A stretch of 64,000 bases of DNA from contig BFEA01000005.1 of assembly GCA_003427395.1 (NCBI GenBank), positions 7,700,429-7,764,428 on the forward strand. The letters run 5' to 3'. The translations under genes and the position numbers were made by a program. The notes beneath the pieces are model-generated. The model saw only the letters and a list, made by a program, of their open reading frames with translations, made no database searches and had not been told where the DNA came from. Each line of letters opens with the position of its first letter. The first letter of the stretch is position 1. Source of the DNA: Chara braunii (taxonomy: Eukaryota; Plantae; Charophyceae). This document shows positions 10,578 to 22,685 of the stretch, piece after piece.

Positions 10578-13500
10578 GCATACTTTATGGTAGAAACCAA
10601 GCGTGGAAACGCACACTACAGACGGTCGACCTAGATCTGCGCTTTATCAATGTCAATGGGCTCGCCTCCCAAAACCAAGAAAAGACACAGGCCCTATGGG
10701 ATCTACTACGAGGCGTGGGAGGAAGGGCATGGCCAGACGTCATCTGTGTCCAAGAGACACACTTGATGGATACGCCGGCGCACCATAGGGCCCACAAACT
10801 GGTTTGGCCATATCAGGCTCTCCAAGCTTTCTCACCTGGACCAGGGCGAGCCGGGGTGGCGATATGGATCCCGCCAAACTCACGACTTGAAGTGATCAGA
10901 TGGGAATGGGACGAAGAGGAAGGCGGGTGGGTGGCGGTTTTGGAATGCTGAACTCGAAGTTGTGAGTAGTATATGCCTTTATGCCCCGAACACAACGCAG
11001 GAACGACAAAACTTTTTTGACAAGATTAGGGACAAAGTCCAGCAGGATATCCAACTAGATATCCCGATGATTTTGGCGGGTGATTTTAACGCCGCCCCGG
11101 ACAGATGGTTAGACCGATGGAGAATCTCTCCCTCCACTACAACTAATGACGAACAAATGTTGGAGGGCTTACGTTCCTCACTTCCATTTTTTGACTCTTT
11201 TAGACGCTCCTTCCCCACCGAACGACAGTTCACTTGTATAAAACACAACAATGACCCGACCAGACCATCGCACTCTATGATAGACTTGATTCTCCACTCT
11301 CTCACCGTAAAAGGAGCACTCACGCATGCGGCAATTCTGGCGGCGAGCCCCTTCCCGGGTCTGGACCACAAAATGTGCATGGCAGCACTCACCTTTCGAA
11401 AACGTTCTGACCAGGGACTGGGCTATTACAAACTGAATACATCAATATTGCGGTTACACTCCTTCCAACAGTACCTGCGACAGACGTGGTCTATTGGAAG
11501 AAGCGCCGCCCGGAACAATACTGTCATCTTACTTGATGTAGCAACGGACTTCTTTTCTTATCAAGGAAATGTAATGAATTCTCCAAACAACTAGCTGTCG
11601 AACGCCATCAGCAGGAAATGGAAACCATGAACCAGCTTGTTGCTCTTGAACAACAAGGGTTTTCGTACGGACCGGACCTCCCTGAAAGCTTGAAGAGACA
11701 GACACAAATACAAACTTTGAAAGACCAGCTCTTAAGACAAGCCCAATATCGATGGAAAGGTACACGAATTTGGGGGAAACAATCTAAATACAATTCAAAA
11801 GGGACAATGGACAAAGAATTATTTGGATTAACCCAAACAAGGGCAAAGCGGTCCATGATTGAAACACTATACGATCCAGAAGCAAACGAGGCGCAGCCTG
11901 CGATGACAAAAGCCCGGTGGGTCAAAATAGCACGAGATTTTTTCAAAGACCTTTTTGCGTCACATATACCGCCAATGGAGGATGAATCTCGTCACCAGAT
12001 GACAGAAGATTTCCTCTCCCCCCTGGATGGGTCCCTCTCGAAAGAACAAAAAGGAAGACCTGAAGCACCTCTCGTCAAGGAGGAAATCTGGACAGCACTT
12101 ATGCAAATGAAAGAAGACAAATCACCAGGTCTAGATGGACTTCCTAAGGAGTTCTGGGAAACTATGTGGGACACGATGAACCAGGACCTAATGGACTATT
12201 ATGCGGAAGTATGGATGACAGGCGGAATGGAAGAAATGGTGGGAAAAGGTATCTTATCACTGCTATACAAAAAAAACGATAAGATGAACATTCGGAATTA
12301 CATGTTCATCACCCTCCTCACAGTGACGTACAAAATGCTATCTAAAGCACTAGCGAATAGAATGATCCTGGTGATGGAGGACGTTATACATTCTGCCCAG
12401 ACTGTATTTATGCGTAGCCGGAACATCCAGAAAAACATCATACTGGTCTATGAGGTCCTACAACTCGCCAGACATTCACGACAAAATGTAGCATTGGTTT
12501 CATTGACTTTGAGAAAGCATACGACCATGTTGACTGACTCTTCCTTGACAAATGCTTACAAAAAATAAATGGAACCCTGCCCCCCCCCGATAAAACTCGA
12601 ACGGTCGGTCCGTCAGGGGGACCCCATCGCCCCCTCTCTTTTCTTAGTTATCATGGAAGCCCTTGCAGCAAACTTACGGACAAACAAGGATATCTCTAGA
12701 ATAAAGATAGCCCATGTACCGCAAGAGGCGGTCCCGATCTGCTCCTTATTCGCAAATGACCTCACAATCATGGCAGAAGCCACCTTGTCCAACATGGAAG
12801 AAATTCAGCGTCTGATGGAGAGGTTATCCCAAGTCTCAGACAAAAGTCAATTGGGGAAGTAAGACGCAAGGATGGTGGATCCACTACCAAGGAGGTCGGC
12901 CACAAAAAAAAAACCGTATCTCATGGCTGCCTTTGGAAACCCCGCTTAGAATTCTGGGTGTCTCCATGACTGCGACAGGTCACCCCCCGACGAGTAACGA
13001 ATGGATCAGCGCCCTGGCCTTGGCTTTTAGCCAAATGGCGGAACAAGACCACCTTTGTTTTCGGTAGTGCATTGATAATAAATAATGTAGTGTTTGCAAC
13101 AATATGGTACAAATCATTGCTATGGCCCTTAAGCAAACAGGCGATGCAGTCTTTAAAGGCAAAAGTGACAGCTTACCTATGGAGGGGGGACGACGAGCGA
13201 ACAAACGTTATCAGCAAAGTTGCATGGGATTCCATCATCCAACCCAAAGCCAGAGGAGGTCTAGGGATCATAGACCCAGCTACACAAGTACAAGCCCTGC
13301 GGTTCTAGTGGCTTAAAAAACTCATTCTTACCTTAGAGAGCCCGTGAAAAGTCGTGGTGTTGGAACACCTGGCTAGACTGGCGCCGACAATCCATCCCAA
13401 AATACATCCCTTGACCTGGTTAGAGGACAGGTATTGGACCATACCGCGGAAATGGCAGATGGGGGGAGGACACGGGGAAGACGCTATGGACCAAGTCTGG

Positions 13501-15050
13501 CCCTCCTTACTCAAGACCTGGCAGAAGCTTCCCTTTCCTGATAAGCAACCCCCAGAAAGATGGGAAGAAGTTAACAGTCAACCCCTCTTCGGGAATTGTT
13601 GGCTGGTCGATAGACACGGGGGGGTAAAGTGCAGTACGGCATCCCCCTGGAAAGGATGGGTGAAGAATGGGGTAACCCGGATAGGGGACCTATGGGACGC
13701 AGACCTGAGGAGATGGAGAACAGGGGAGGAGTTGCGCAGCCAGCTAAAGTATTGTCACCTCACGGAGGCGAACCTGAAGAAGCTACTGGAAACTGTTCCC
13801 TTGGCAAGGTACAAAACCCTCAGAAAAGGCCCGAAGTTTAGAGAGGGACACTGGCTGGTCAGCAGAGGGGAGACGGGACGCATAGGAATGATCCACATAG
13901 TCAGAAGCCAAGATGTACTAATCGAATGGTACACAACTCGTAAGACGGGGCACTACAGGGGAGCCACGACCTCTTCGAATGGAAGGATAAAACTGCTATC
14001 TTTAGGGTCAGGGTGTTGGGGGAAGGGGAGGAGGCGGTCGCTTTCCAGCCAGACGTCGGCATCCAACACCTGGCCCTGGACCCACTGGAGTGGAGGTGGG
14101 CTTCAGCCACACATAGAACAACCCCCCCCCCCTATACCTATCTGCACAAGCTCTCAGTCAAATCCACATATCGGCTGTTGAGGCCCAAACATCCACTAAG
14201 AGATGTAATAATTGATCGATGGGCCAAACGTCTCAAGGTAGAGAGGAGCATGCTCACACCGATTCGGTGGTTTCATGAAGGTGGAACCAAGCCAACTAAG
14301 ATCTCCTACCTACAATGGCAGATTGCACATCGTTGTCTACCCACTATGGACTGGCTCATAGACCATACGAACCTCGAACATAAAGGTCAGGCGGTACCCT
14401 GGTGTCCACGGTGCCTGAGTGCCTTCCCCATACAGAAGAGGGCCGGAACTATAGAACACATTTTTATGCAGTGCCCTGCAGCGCAGCTCACGTAGCGCTG
14501 GTGGGATAGGATATGGAGAAAGATGATACCAGACCCTGCATGGCCATGGTCCTAGAGAGCCATCTTAACGGGTCATTGGTCACAGGTGCAGAAAGAATCA
14601 CCCTTCGTGGAAAACATGTATAGGCTGGGGCGCAGGGCAATATTGTGGGGACTTCGGTGGCAACGCTGCCTGATGGCGCTCGAGGGGGTGCGGGTGGAGG
14701 GAACAGAGACAACTGACCAAATCCGGCAACAGGTTCAAATGGAGATAATGAGGAGATGGCAGGAATTGACGACCAAGCTGGATCTCCTACAAATGACGAA
14801 GGACATAGAGCGAGCCATCACCTCCTTTTGCACCAACTGGCTAGGTGTTAGAGGAGGTTGGATAGCTAGAGTGGAATGGACCGGCAGAAAGGAAGGGACC
14901 CAACAGCAGGAGAGGATAGAGTCACGAGATTACCGGCCGCTGTTTAATGATTGGACGACGATAGAATCCTCCTTCCCTCTACGTCCTCCGACAGACTTCC
15001 CTGACCCCTTGCCCCCACACCCACTCGCCCTTGCTGAGATTCCTGAGTGA
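10565..15050 (+). pseudogene. LINE ORF2 (APE endonuclease, reverse transcriptase, zf-RVT-like finger), disrupted
   Basis: NVNGL, VQETH, AGDFN, DH, KSPGLDG, RQGDPIAP, LFAND (degenerate YADD), GGLG and EHIFMQCP motifs. Confidence 0.95.
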
Positions 15051-15678
15051 CCCGGCCCCTCCCCCCTCCTCGAGCCTGCGAACCATCTTTTTTACTTGAT
15101 TACGCACTATCGTCCAAGGATGGCCCTGCTTTCTGGTGCCCCTCTGCGAAGCACGGGTCGAGTGATTTGTTTTACTCGTTTTTTACAAATACACAGTAGG
15201 AAGTATGATAGTGCGGCTTGGAGGGTAGGCAGGGGAAAGACCCCAGGGCGAAGAGGTTTTTCCTTCCTTTTTCCTTCCTCAGCAATCTGCACAACTTATT
15301 CCTCCGGATGCCAGAGCAAGTAAGGCTGGCAGACTTCTCAGTCAACTTCTTTGATATCTTCTTCTAATATCTTCTGATATCTTCCTGAGCCATCCTTAAA
15401 AGAAAGAGAGATAGGGGGAGGGAGGAACTAGTGTGTAGCAGCAGGTATCTGGCGCTGGGTTCAGGGCGAAGAGGTTCCCCCCCCCTTCTTTTTTCCCTGC
15501 TCAGTCAATCCCCTGGGCTCCAGGGTAATCAATGCTGGCAGGATCCTCCAACATTGTTCTTCGGATATACTTTAACTTCAATATGTATATGGGACGCTGG
15601 ACCCATTTTCCAGCAGGTGATGCTCCCCACCAATAGATGGAGCCTCTCCCCAGGTGCTAGTGGTGTCTGCTCTTATCA

Positions 15679-15863
15679 NNNNNNNNNNNNNNNNNNNNNN
15701 NNNNNNNNNNNNNNNNNNNNNNNNNNNNNNNNNNNNNNNNNNNNNNNNNNNNNNNNNNNNNNNNNNNNNNNNNNNNNNNNNNNNNNNNNNNNNNNNNNNN
15801 NNNNNNNNNNNNNNNNNNNNNNNNNNNNNNNNNNNNNNNNNNNNNNNNNNNNNNNNNNNNNNN
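15679..15863. other. Assembly gap
   Basis: N run. Confidence 1.
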
Positions 15864-16116
15864 ATGCTGTGACCTGGCTGATAATTGGACGGGCAGTCAA
15901 TCCCCTCGTGAGACGGTAATCAATGTTGTTCCGCCAGGTATATTGTCTCCAATCTTGTCAGTGGGACGCTGGACCCGGTTTCCAGCAGGTGGTGCTCCTC
16001 ACCAATAGATTGGAACCATCTATAAACTGGGGCTTGCTATTGGAGCATTCTCGTGTCAACCTCCAATAGCAGGTTGCCACAGATGTTTCGGCTGGAAAAA
16101 AAAAAAAAAAAAAAAA
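15864..16116 (+). mobile_element. LINE 3'UTR with poly(A) (another subfamily)
   Basis: Internal-loop motif, pseudoknot motif at 15963, hairpin and A-run 16096-16116. Confidence 0.8.
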
Positions 16117-16869
16117 GGTTAGCCAAAATAGAAATACACATTTCTGCTGGGCGGGGAATCGCGCGCTGTGTTAGGGCTGCGTTAGCGCTGTGTTAGTGCA
16201 GCGTTAGCATTGCACTGTGGTTTCACCAGCTCTGAATTTTTAACACTACGGACGCCGGGAGTATGAGGGGAGGGTAACTCCCCTGCGACCGAATAGCGTT
16301 GTCATTGTCCCTCTCATGATCCCTCCCCCTTGCCAGGTTGGCAGACATGGGTGGGATTTGGACGACGCCCCTCATATCAGTATTATGAACAGGTCAGGAC
16401 ATTCGCCTTAGTCACAGATATGGAGCCTCCATGAATACAGCGCTGCTGCGTCATACTTGTCAGCTACTCTTCCTATATTGATCGTGGGAATCGTCGGCAT
16501 GAAGGAAAGGCAGATGAAGAGTGGTTTGCTGTTGATTGGCGAGAAGACGAACTGGAGTGGGAATCGTCGGCGTGAAGGAGAGGCAGATGAAGAGTGGTTT
16601 GTTGTTGATTGGCGAGAAGACGAAGTGGAGTGGTATGAGGTTATGAAACTTTCTTTTGTTGTCATAATCCTGCCACGTGGCAGATATGTGGTTGACCGGG
16701 ACTGAACTATTGTGACCAGCTGTTTGTGATTTTTTCATTTGCGATTTCTGCTGTTGTCATAATTCACAGGTTCCTGGTACGATTGCAATGGCACCGCTGC
16801 TGATTTGGTATTGTGGATATCCTGGAGATAATACTAGAATGACAGGCTTGATGTTGTCCCCCATCAAGC

Positions 16870-17265
16870 ATGTCATTTTGGACAATCTTCTTCTGCTGCA
16901 GCCACAATAGCCTTGCCTCTCTTTGTCGTCTTTTGACTGAAATTCTCTTTGGCTGTTGGATCGGAGAGAGTATGACATTCTGCTTATTGGAAATCTGCTT
17001 AGTTCGAGATTAGGTTTAATCTTTAAGGTGATTTACACTTTTGGATGTTTTTTAGGTTTAGGGTTAGGGATGTCATTTTGGACTATCTTCTTCTTCTGCA
17101 ACCCACAGTAGGCTTGCCTCCCTCTGTCATCTATCGACTGAAATTCCCTTTGGCAGATGGATCTGAGCGACTGGGACATTTGGTTTATTGGAAATCTGCT
17201 TTGCTCGAAATTGGGTTTAATTTTTTAGGTGATTTACACTTCTTGAAGATTTTTAGGTTTTGGTT
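16870..17265. repeat. Diverged ~200-bp tandem duplication
   Basis: atgtcattttggac..tttaggttt occurs twice (16870, 17070). Confidence 0.75.
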
Positions 17266-18441
17266 AATTAGTCCTTAATTGGGAATTTAATTTGTGTTGG
17301 GAATTAGTCATGATTACGGTTGTTGCTGTGTGTGGTTGTTTTGATAATATAGAATTAATCGATATATTGGAATAGGATTAAATTTTACGTTAGTACTAAC
17401 ATAGACTAGGTTTAGCAACTAGAGATTTGCACGGGATGGGCTGAAGACAGGCGTCTTCACTATGGGAGGTCCGTGGTTGGGGATGGGACTGGCCGAAAGT
17501 GCCTTTCCCAGCCTGGTTTGGCTATGGAATTCATGTGAGGGACGCCGGGCCCGTTTCCCGGTTTTATAAAAGATGATTTCCTTTAAACCACCAGTACCTC
17601 CGAGCCTGTTTTTGCCGACCCTGATTTTCACTGCGCTCCGAGTTTTGCCGAGTCTGGGTCCCACTCCATTTCTTTATGGTACTCTCACGGGAAGAACAAA
17701 AGAAAAGAAAAAAAAAAGAAAAAAGTTGCGGCCGTGAAAACTCACAAAACAAGAAAAAGAAACAAAGCTCTGGACGTGATTGCAGCTGTATACATTCTCG
17801 GAAGTGTTAGTGTGAGTGTGCCCTCAGTGAGGGCATCGAGGGCATCTCAGCCCCGTGGCCAAGTTGTCAGATTCCAAAAACTCAAAAAAAAAAAAAAGAC
17901 AGGAACACGGATTCGGCCGTGAAAATGGCAAGATACATTCCCGTAAGTGCCAGTGTGATCAGGGTTACAATCCTCTGAGGGAACACAGCTCGAGAAGATC
18001 ACGGATTCAGATTGTCAGATTCCAAAAAAAGAAAACAAGAAAAAAAAAAAAAAGGAAACATGGATTCGGCCTTGAAAACGGCTGGATACATCAGGGTGAC
18101 AATCATCTGAGGAAACACAGCTAGAGCAGATCACGGATTCTGCCCTGCCTCGTTGGCAGGGGGCACATAACAAACAAAAGAGAAATAAAAAAAAGAAAAC
18201 AACAAGTTCAGAATGTGACCGTCTTTGTTGTAAGATGCATTCAAGACTGTGAGCACGGCCTCCTAGACTACCCTGCCCGACATCATTGCAGTACAAAGAC
18301 CTTTTTTTTTTCATTTTTCTTTCGTGCACGGGCAAAAGAAAACTACGATTTTTGGGACATTGCCGCCCCTGTGTCCGAGCCCCGAAAACTTCGGGTACTG
18401 GCCAGGACAACGTAATTTCCCAACACTGGCGGAGGTAAAAA

Positions 18442-18450
<9 letters not shown>

Positions 18451-18487
<37 letters not shown>

Positions 18488-18562
18488 TCAAATAGAACTG
18501 CCCGGTAAACCGTAGGCAGAGAGGGAGAAGAGGACAACAAACGAGGGGCTGTGACAAATATA
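18451..18562 (-). repeat. (TA)n plus ~73-bp fragment of the Penelope-like repeat
   Basis: 18486-18558 is nearly identical to 35091-35163. Confidence 0.8.
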
Positions 18563-19859
18563 TAAGATTTTTTCTAATGTTTTTTTTTTTTTTTTTACCC
18601 GACCAGGCAAGTGGTCCCGTCCCACTCTTTGTTTTTCTTTTTTTTTTCTTCTGGTAACCTAGATAACCTAGATTTTGACATTATTTTGTAAAGTTGATCA
18701 GACATTTGGGAGAGCCAATTTCACCCACAAGCACCAGTCCACAAGCAAGATGCACCAGCCATTACATGGCTGTAGGGGCCTGCCAGAACCCCGTTAATTC
18801 ATTCATTATTCATGATAACATTAGAAAAGCTGTCGGAGGTCCACATAGCTGGTTAACAGACTGGTAGTTAACCTGCAGCCAAAAATCAGGCAAACTCAAA
18901 CTAGGACGTTGGTAGATGTGTCTGCTGGCAATTACAGACCCACTAGCACCACGCTGTAGCACAGGTACCTTCGGGTCTACACACCACCGTTGGTAAAGTT
19001 GATCAATGACAGACGTCAGGCCCATGGCCCACTTGGTCATGTACTGGTGGTTTACACCACCAGTTCTTCTGCGGCCCAAAGAAAAACCGAACTCGCGCAG
19101 GCCTCGTTTCGGCTGGTGCTACCAGCCATTTTGCTCAGAAGGGGAAAGTTGCACCTGAGTACAAAGCCGCATATGTGATTCTTTGGCTGGGAAACATACT
19201 GGTGGTTTAAACCGCCGGACCTTTCCCAGCCAAAAGAAAAAAAGCCTGCCCGTTAACACGGAGGCTGGGGCTGGCCTTGCGGAGTGGCCAGATTCATCCC
19301 AAATCGTTAGCACGCAGGGCCCGCGGGCAACATATGGGAAAGGTACTGGTGGCTTGAACCACCAGTTCAAACGAACCGAAGTAGTGGCCTCCTAACAGCC
19401 CCTGAATATTTGTTTTGGGGCCCGAATGCTCTCTAATTTGAAGAATTCGGGAGAGCGCACTTGCCTTGGGGACTGGGCCAGTAGTGGAAGGAGCAGGCCA
19501 CTTTGTCGAAGGGGTCCCTCATCACGGACCCCCGCTGACCCTGGCATCCCAACCCATGCCCCCCATCCAGTTGTGAGACGGAAACAAGGGAGTACCTGAG
19601 CCGGCGGGCGACTGCAGACAGCCATCAGAGAGAGCACTGCCGCTAGTTGAGGGAAGAAGGGAGAGGTTGTGGGTCAATAAGTTGCCACCACTGCAGACAG
19701 ATACAAATGTGGATACCACAAAAACAGCAGCCACACCATGAAATGACGAGGCCCAGAGCGGGGAGGCGAGGGTGGTTACCCCACACCGGCCAATCTGTAC
19801 CCGATGGATCATGGCCCAGCTACCATGCTAAAGTGTGAATTGGCCCAAATAACAACGCG

Positions 19860-20372
19860 GCTAGTTTAAGCACTACTTTGGCACTATTTAGCAGCCAACA
19901 GGTGCACAAACAATTGTGGCAACCTTTCCAGAAGCCGAAGAGGCATTTCCCCAATAAGATTCAACCGAACTCAGCAAATGTATTTACTGGGAAGGACTGC
20001 AGACTCCTGGGATACAGCAAAACCAATCAGAATGGGATCTACAGGATATGAACATGGGCTTGCTACTTCCAGGAATAGGGCTAGGTCAGTACTTTGAGAG
20101 AGTCCTACTATGGGAAGGGCGTCCAACGCAGTCCCGAGGGATAAAGTAGCTCCAAGGCAAGTCCATCAACCATTATGCCCCTGACACACTGTATCCAAAT
20201 GTTGTTTCCAAGGGACGCTGGACCCCATTCCTGGCAGGTGCCGCTCCCCACCAATAGATGGAGCAGCCCAATGGCCAAGTCCTCAATCCTAGAGGTTCTC
20301 TTACCACCGCTAGGATAGAGGACTTGCTTGGGAAAGGACTTTCCCAAACAAAAAAAAAAAAACAAAAAAAAA
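19860..20372 (+). mobile_element. 5'-truncated LINE 3' end
   Basis: Pseudoknot motif at 20212, hairpin 20276-20326 and A-rich tail 20346-20372; left boundary uncertain. Confidence 0.65.
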
Positions 20373-21104
20373 GGGGCAATTGCAGGCTCGCGCGCCTTGG
20401 AAGGTAGCTGTTTTTCAGGGGAGGCTGTTTTTCGGGGGAGGTTTTCCCATCCCACCAACGCAGGAAATAATGAAAGAGGCTTGCGGCCGGTCACGCACTG
20501 GACCGCCCCGACCGTTTCGAAGGCCCTGCCCACAATCCACCACCCTCCAGCCTCTCCCACCTGGGCCCAATGTTGCAATGCATGGGACTTTGGGAGCTCG
20601 GCTGGAAAGGCCGGCGACCCGGCAAAAATCCCGGCCCTAGCTCACAGGGCCGAGGGTTTTCGGCTGTCGGGGGGACTGGTGAGCTGTACAGCTCAAGCCA
20701 TCATTGTCTGACAGCACAGTCGTACCTTTAGCCCTTTGTTTGTACCTGTCTGTGCCAGCTCCTGGAAATAACGAAACCTTTATAGGGCCTCACCACACCA
20801 CTCCCGAATCGCGAATAAATTTTGGGAGTAGGGAAATCCCGCTCGCGAGCGCGCTTCAGCACACTGCTCTCTCAGAACGGGCACTGTCAGCATATCCGAG
20901 CTTGGTAGTGGGCAAATACAGCAATGAATCGTCTCTTTGTCTATGTGAAGGGGGTTGCCCATCGTACAGAGCCTTAGGACCCCTTCAAGGGCGCTTTTGA
21001 GGTCTCCCGAAATTGCCCTCTTCCAGGTGGGAGGTTTCAGGAGCATTCCCGGATTCGGTCTGACACGTCGAATTCAGGAGCTGGTGTGGCAAAGTTGAAC
21101 TCCC

Positions 21105-21312
21105 TTGTCTAAGATCAAGTGTAGTATCTGTTCTGATCAGTTTAATATCTGATCCGTGGTCCATCGGGCCACACAATATTAAATTAATTTTTCTGGGCCA
21201 CGGAGGGGTCGTACGAGTAAGCTTGCTTACTCTACCCCTCCAGTGTCGCCTCTGTATTGCACTGCAGCAGAGTGCGGCGCAGCCCTCTAAAAAAAAAAAA
21301 AAAAAAAAAAAA
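21105..21312 (+). pseudogene. U2: U2 snRNA processed retrocopy (5'-truncated, polyadenylated)
   Basis: ctaagatcaagtgtagtatctgttc.atcagtttaatatctgat, Sm site aatttttctg, 3' stem-loops, poly(A) and 14-bp TSD AAAGTTGAACTCCC (21091-21104, 21310-21323). Confidence 0.95.
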
Positions 21313-21444
21313 GTTGAACTCCCAAAATTGGACAAGATGGGGAGTGTTGTGAAGACTCTGAAGAGGCCCATATTTTCCAAAAACAGAGGCAACAACGAAT
21401 TTTCTTTTTTTTTAACCCTTTTTTTCCTTCTTCTTCTGAGAAGT

Positions 21445-21516
21445 TAACAGTAGGCTCAAGGGACACTGGACCCCGTTTCCAGCAGCCAAAGCTGGAGAAA
21501 AAAAAAAAAAAAAAAA
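21445..21516 (+). mobile_element. Minimal LINE-tail fragment (first pseudoknot plus poly(A))
   Basis: GGGACACTGGACCCCGTTTCCAGC at 21460 and A-run 21498-21516. Confidence 0.6.
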
Positions 21517-21924
21517 CAGAATGCTTTCCACCTATCTCTCCACACACAAAAAAAAAAGGTGCCTTTGACTGAGTTAAAAAAAATAAATCAGACTGATTGG
21601 CCAGTGAGCCGTACGTAGTAAACAGCCACCATGACAAACAATTGCACAACCCGAGATGAACACCTGCACAGTGTTCCCGGGCGCACACCAACATAAGGAC
21701 AGTTTGAAACAAGCCTGGTGAATGGGTAGTGGAAGCCCCTCCCACACACATGATGCATACAGCAGTATGACAGGCCCTACACGGACAAGGGAGAGAAAGG
21801 AAACGGGGAGGATACATACAGTGGCCCTACACGGGCGAGGGAGAGAAAAGGAAACCGGGGGATGCAGACACCTGGGATTGAACTTGGACTGACAAACTGA
21901 AGGGGGATAGGAAAAGAGAATACT

Positions 21925-22015
21925 GTCCTTGGGGACATCCATTAAACTTGGAACGATACAGAGAAAGAAGATTAGCATGGCCCCTGCGCAAGGATGACAG
22001 GCGTAAATCGAGAAA
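21925..22015 (+). pseudogene. U6: U6 snRNA retrocopy (3'-truncated)
   Basis: gtcctt.ggggacatcc..ttggaacgatACAGAGA..attagcatggcccctgcgcaaggatgac..taaatcgagaaa; lacks the U-rich end; flanked by GAAAAGAGAATAC duplication. Confidence 0.93.
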
Positions 22016-22090
22016 AGAGAATACAGTCTGCATAAATCGAGAAAAGAGAATACAGTCTGCATAAATCGAGAAAAGAGAATACAGTCTGCA
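22004..22090 (+). repeat. 3 x 29-bp tandem repeat at the U6 3' junction
   Basis: taaatcgagaaaagagaatacagtctgca at 22004, 22033 and 22062. Confidence 0.95.
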
Positions 22091-22239
22091 ATTTCCAGGG
22101 AGGGACTGGGTCAGTAGGAAATAGGAGCTCTGGAAGTAGGAAGGGTTATCTATGCAGCCCCGAGATAAAAAATGCAGCCCCGAGATAAAAAATCAGTGCT
22201 CCAGGCTAGGAAATGATAAGGCCACAGTCCCAATAAATA

Positions 22240-22429
22240 CTGTGCTGAGATGATGTATCTAAGGGACACTGGACCCCGTTTGCAGCAGGTGACGCTCCCC
22301 ACCAATAGATTGACCAGCCCGGCAGGCAAAGAAAGCCTCAATCACGGTAGTTCTCTTACGGTAGTAACTGTTCTCTTACCACCACCGGGATAGAGGCCTT
22401 GCACAAGGGTCTTTATATAAAAAAAAAAA
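22240..22429 (+). mobile_element. LINE 3'UTR fragment with poly(A)
   Basis: Motif at 22263, hairpin related to 20276-20326 and A-run 22419-22429. Confidence 0.7.
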
Positions 22430-22502
22430 CGCATTATACCTTGGGAATAGGGGGGCGGAGTCCCTTACATAATTGACTACAGTCCGGCGTGGGATGAGCC
22501 AA

Positions 22503-22534
<32 letters not shown>

Positions 22535-22590
22535 CCTGAGCCAAGTNTTCCTGCCAAGCCTAACCCTGACTGCAGCATCCTGTTTTTGTC

Positions 22591-22685
22591 TTTTTTTTTT
22601 CACAAGGCTCGGATCTATTCTGGGGAGCAGCACGTGCTAGGAAGGGGGCCCAGCGTCCCTTGTGAAACTGACAAATTGTAATTAA
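22591..22685 (-). mobile_element. LINE 3'-end mini insertion
   Basis: T-run 22591-22600 and motif 22607-22659 of the same subtype as 5536-5590. Confidence 0.7.

Larger units (their letters stand above)
7820..15678 (+). mobile_element. Near full-length degenerate L1/Tx1-clade LINE (family B)
   Basis: ORF1 with zinc knuckle, then APE, RT, C-terminal Cys/His finger and structured 3'UTR running into an N-gap. Confidence 0.93.

Noticed and set aside
15431-15919. ORFs spanning N-gaps (also near 27620 and 34820)
   Set aside because: Artefacts of unresolved sequence.
17050-17070. Telomeric repeat
   Set aside because: Only 2-3 imperfect TTTAGG(G) units inside a duplicated segment.
21105-22015. Functional U2/U6 genes, or a Keno-type LINE inserted in U2
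   Set aside because: Truncation, poly(A) and TSDs indicate retrocopies, and no LINE interrupts U2.
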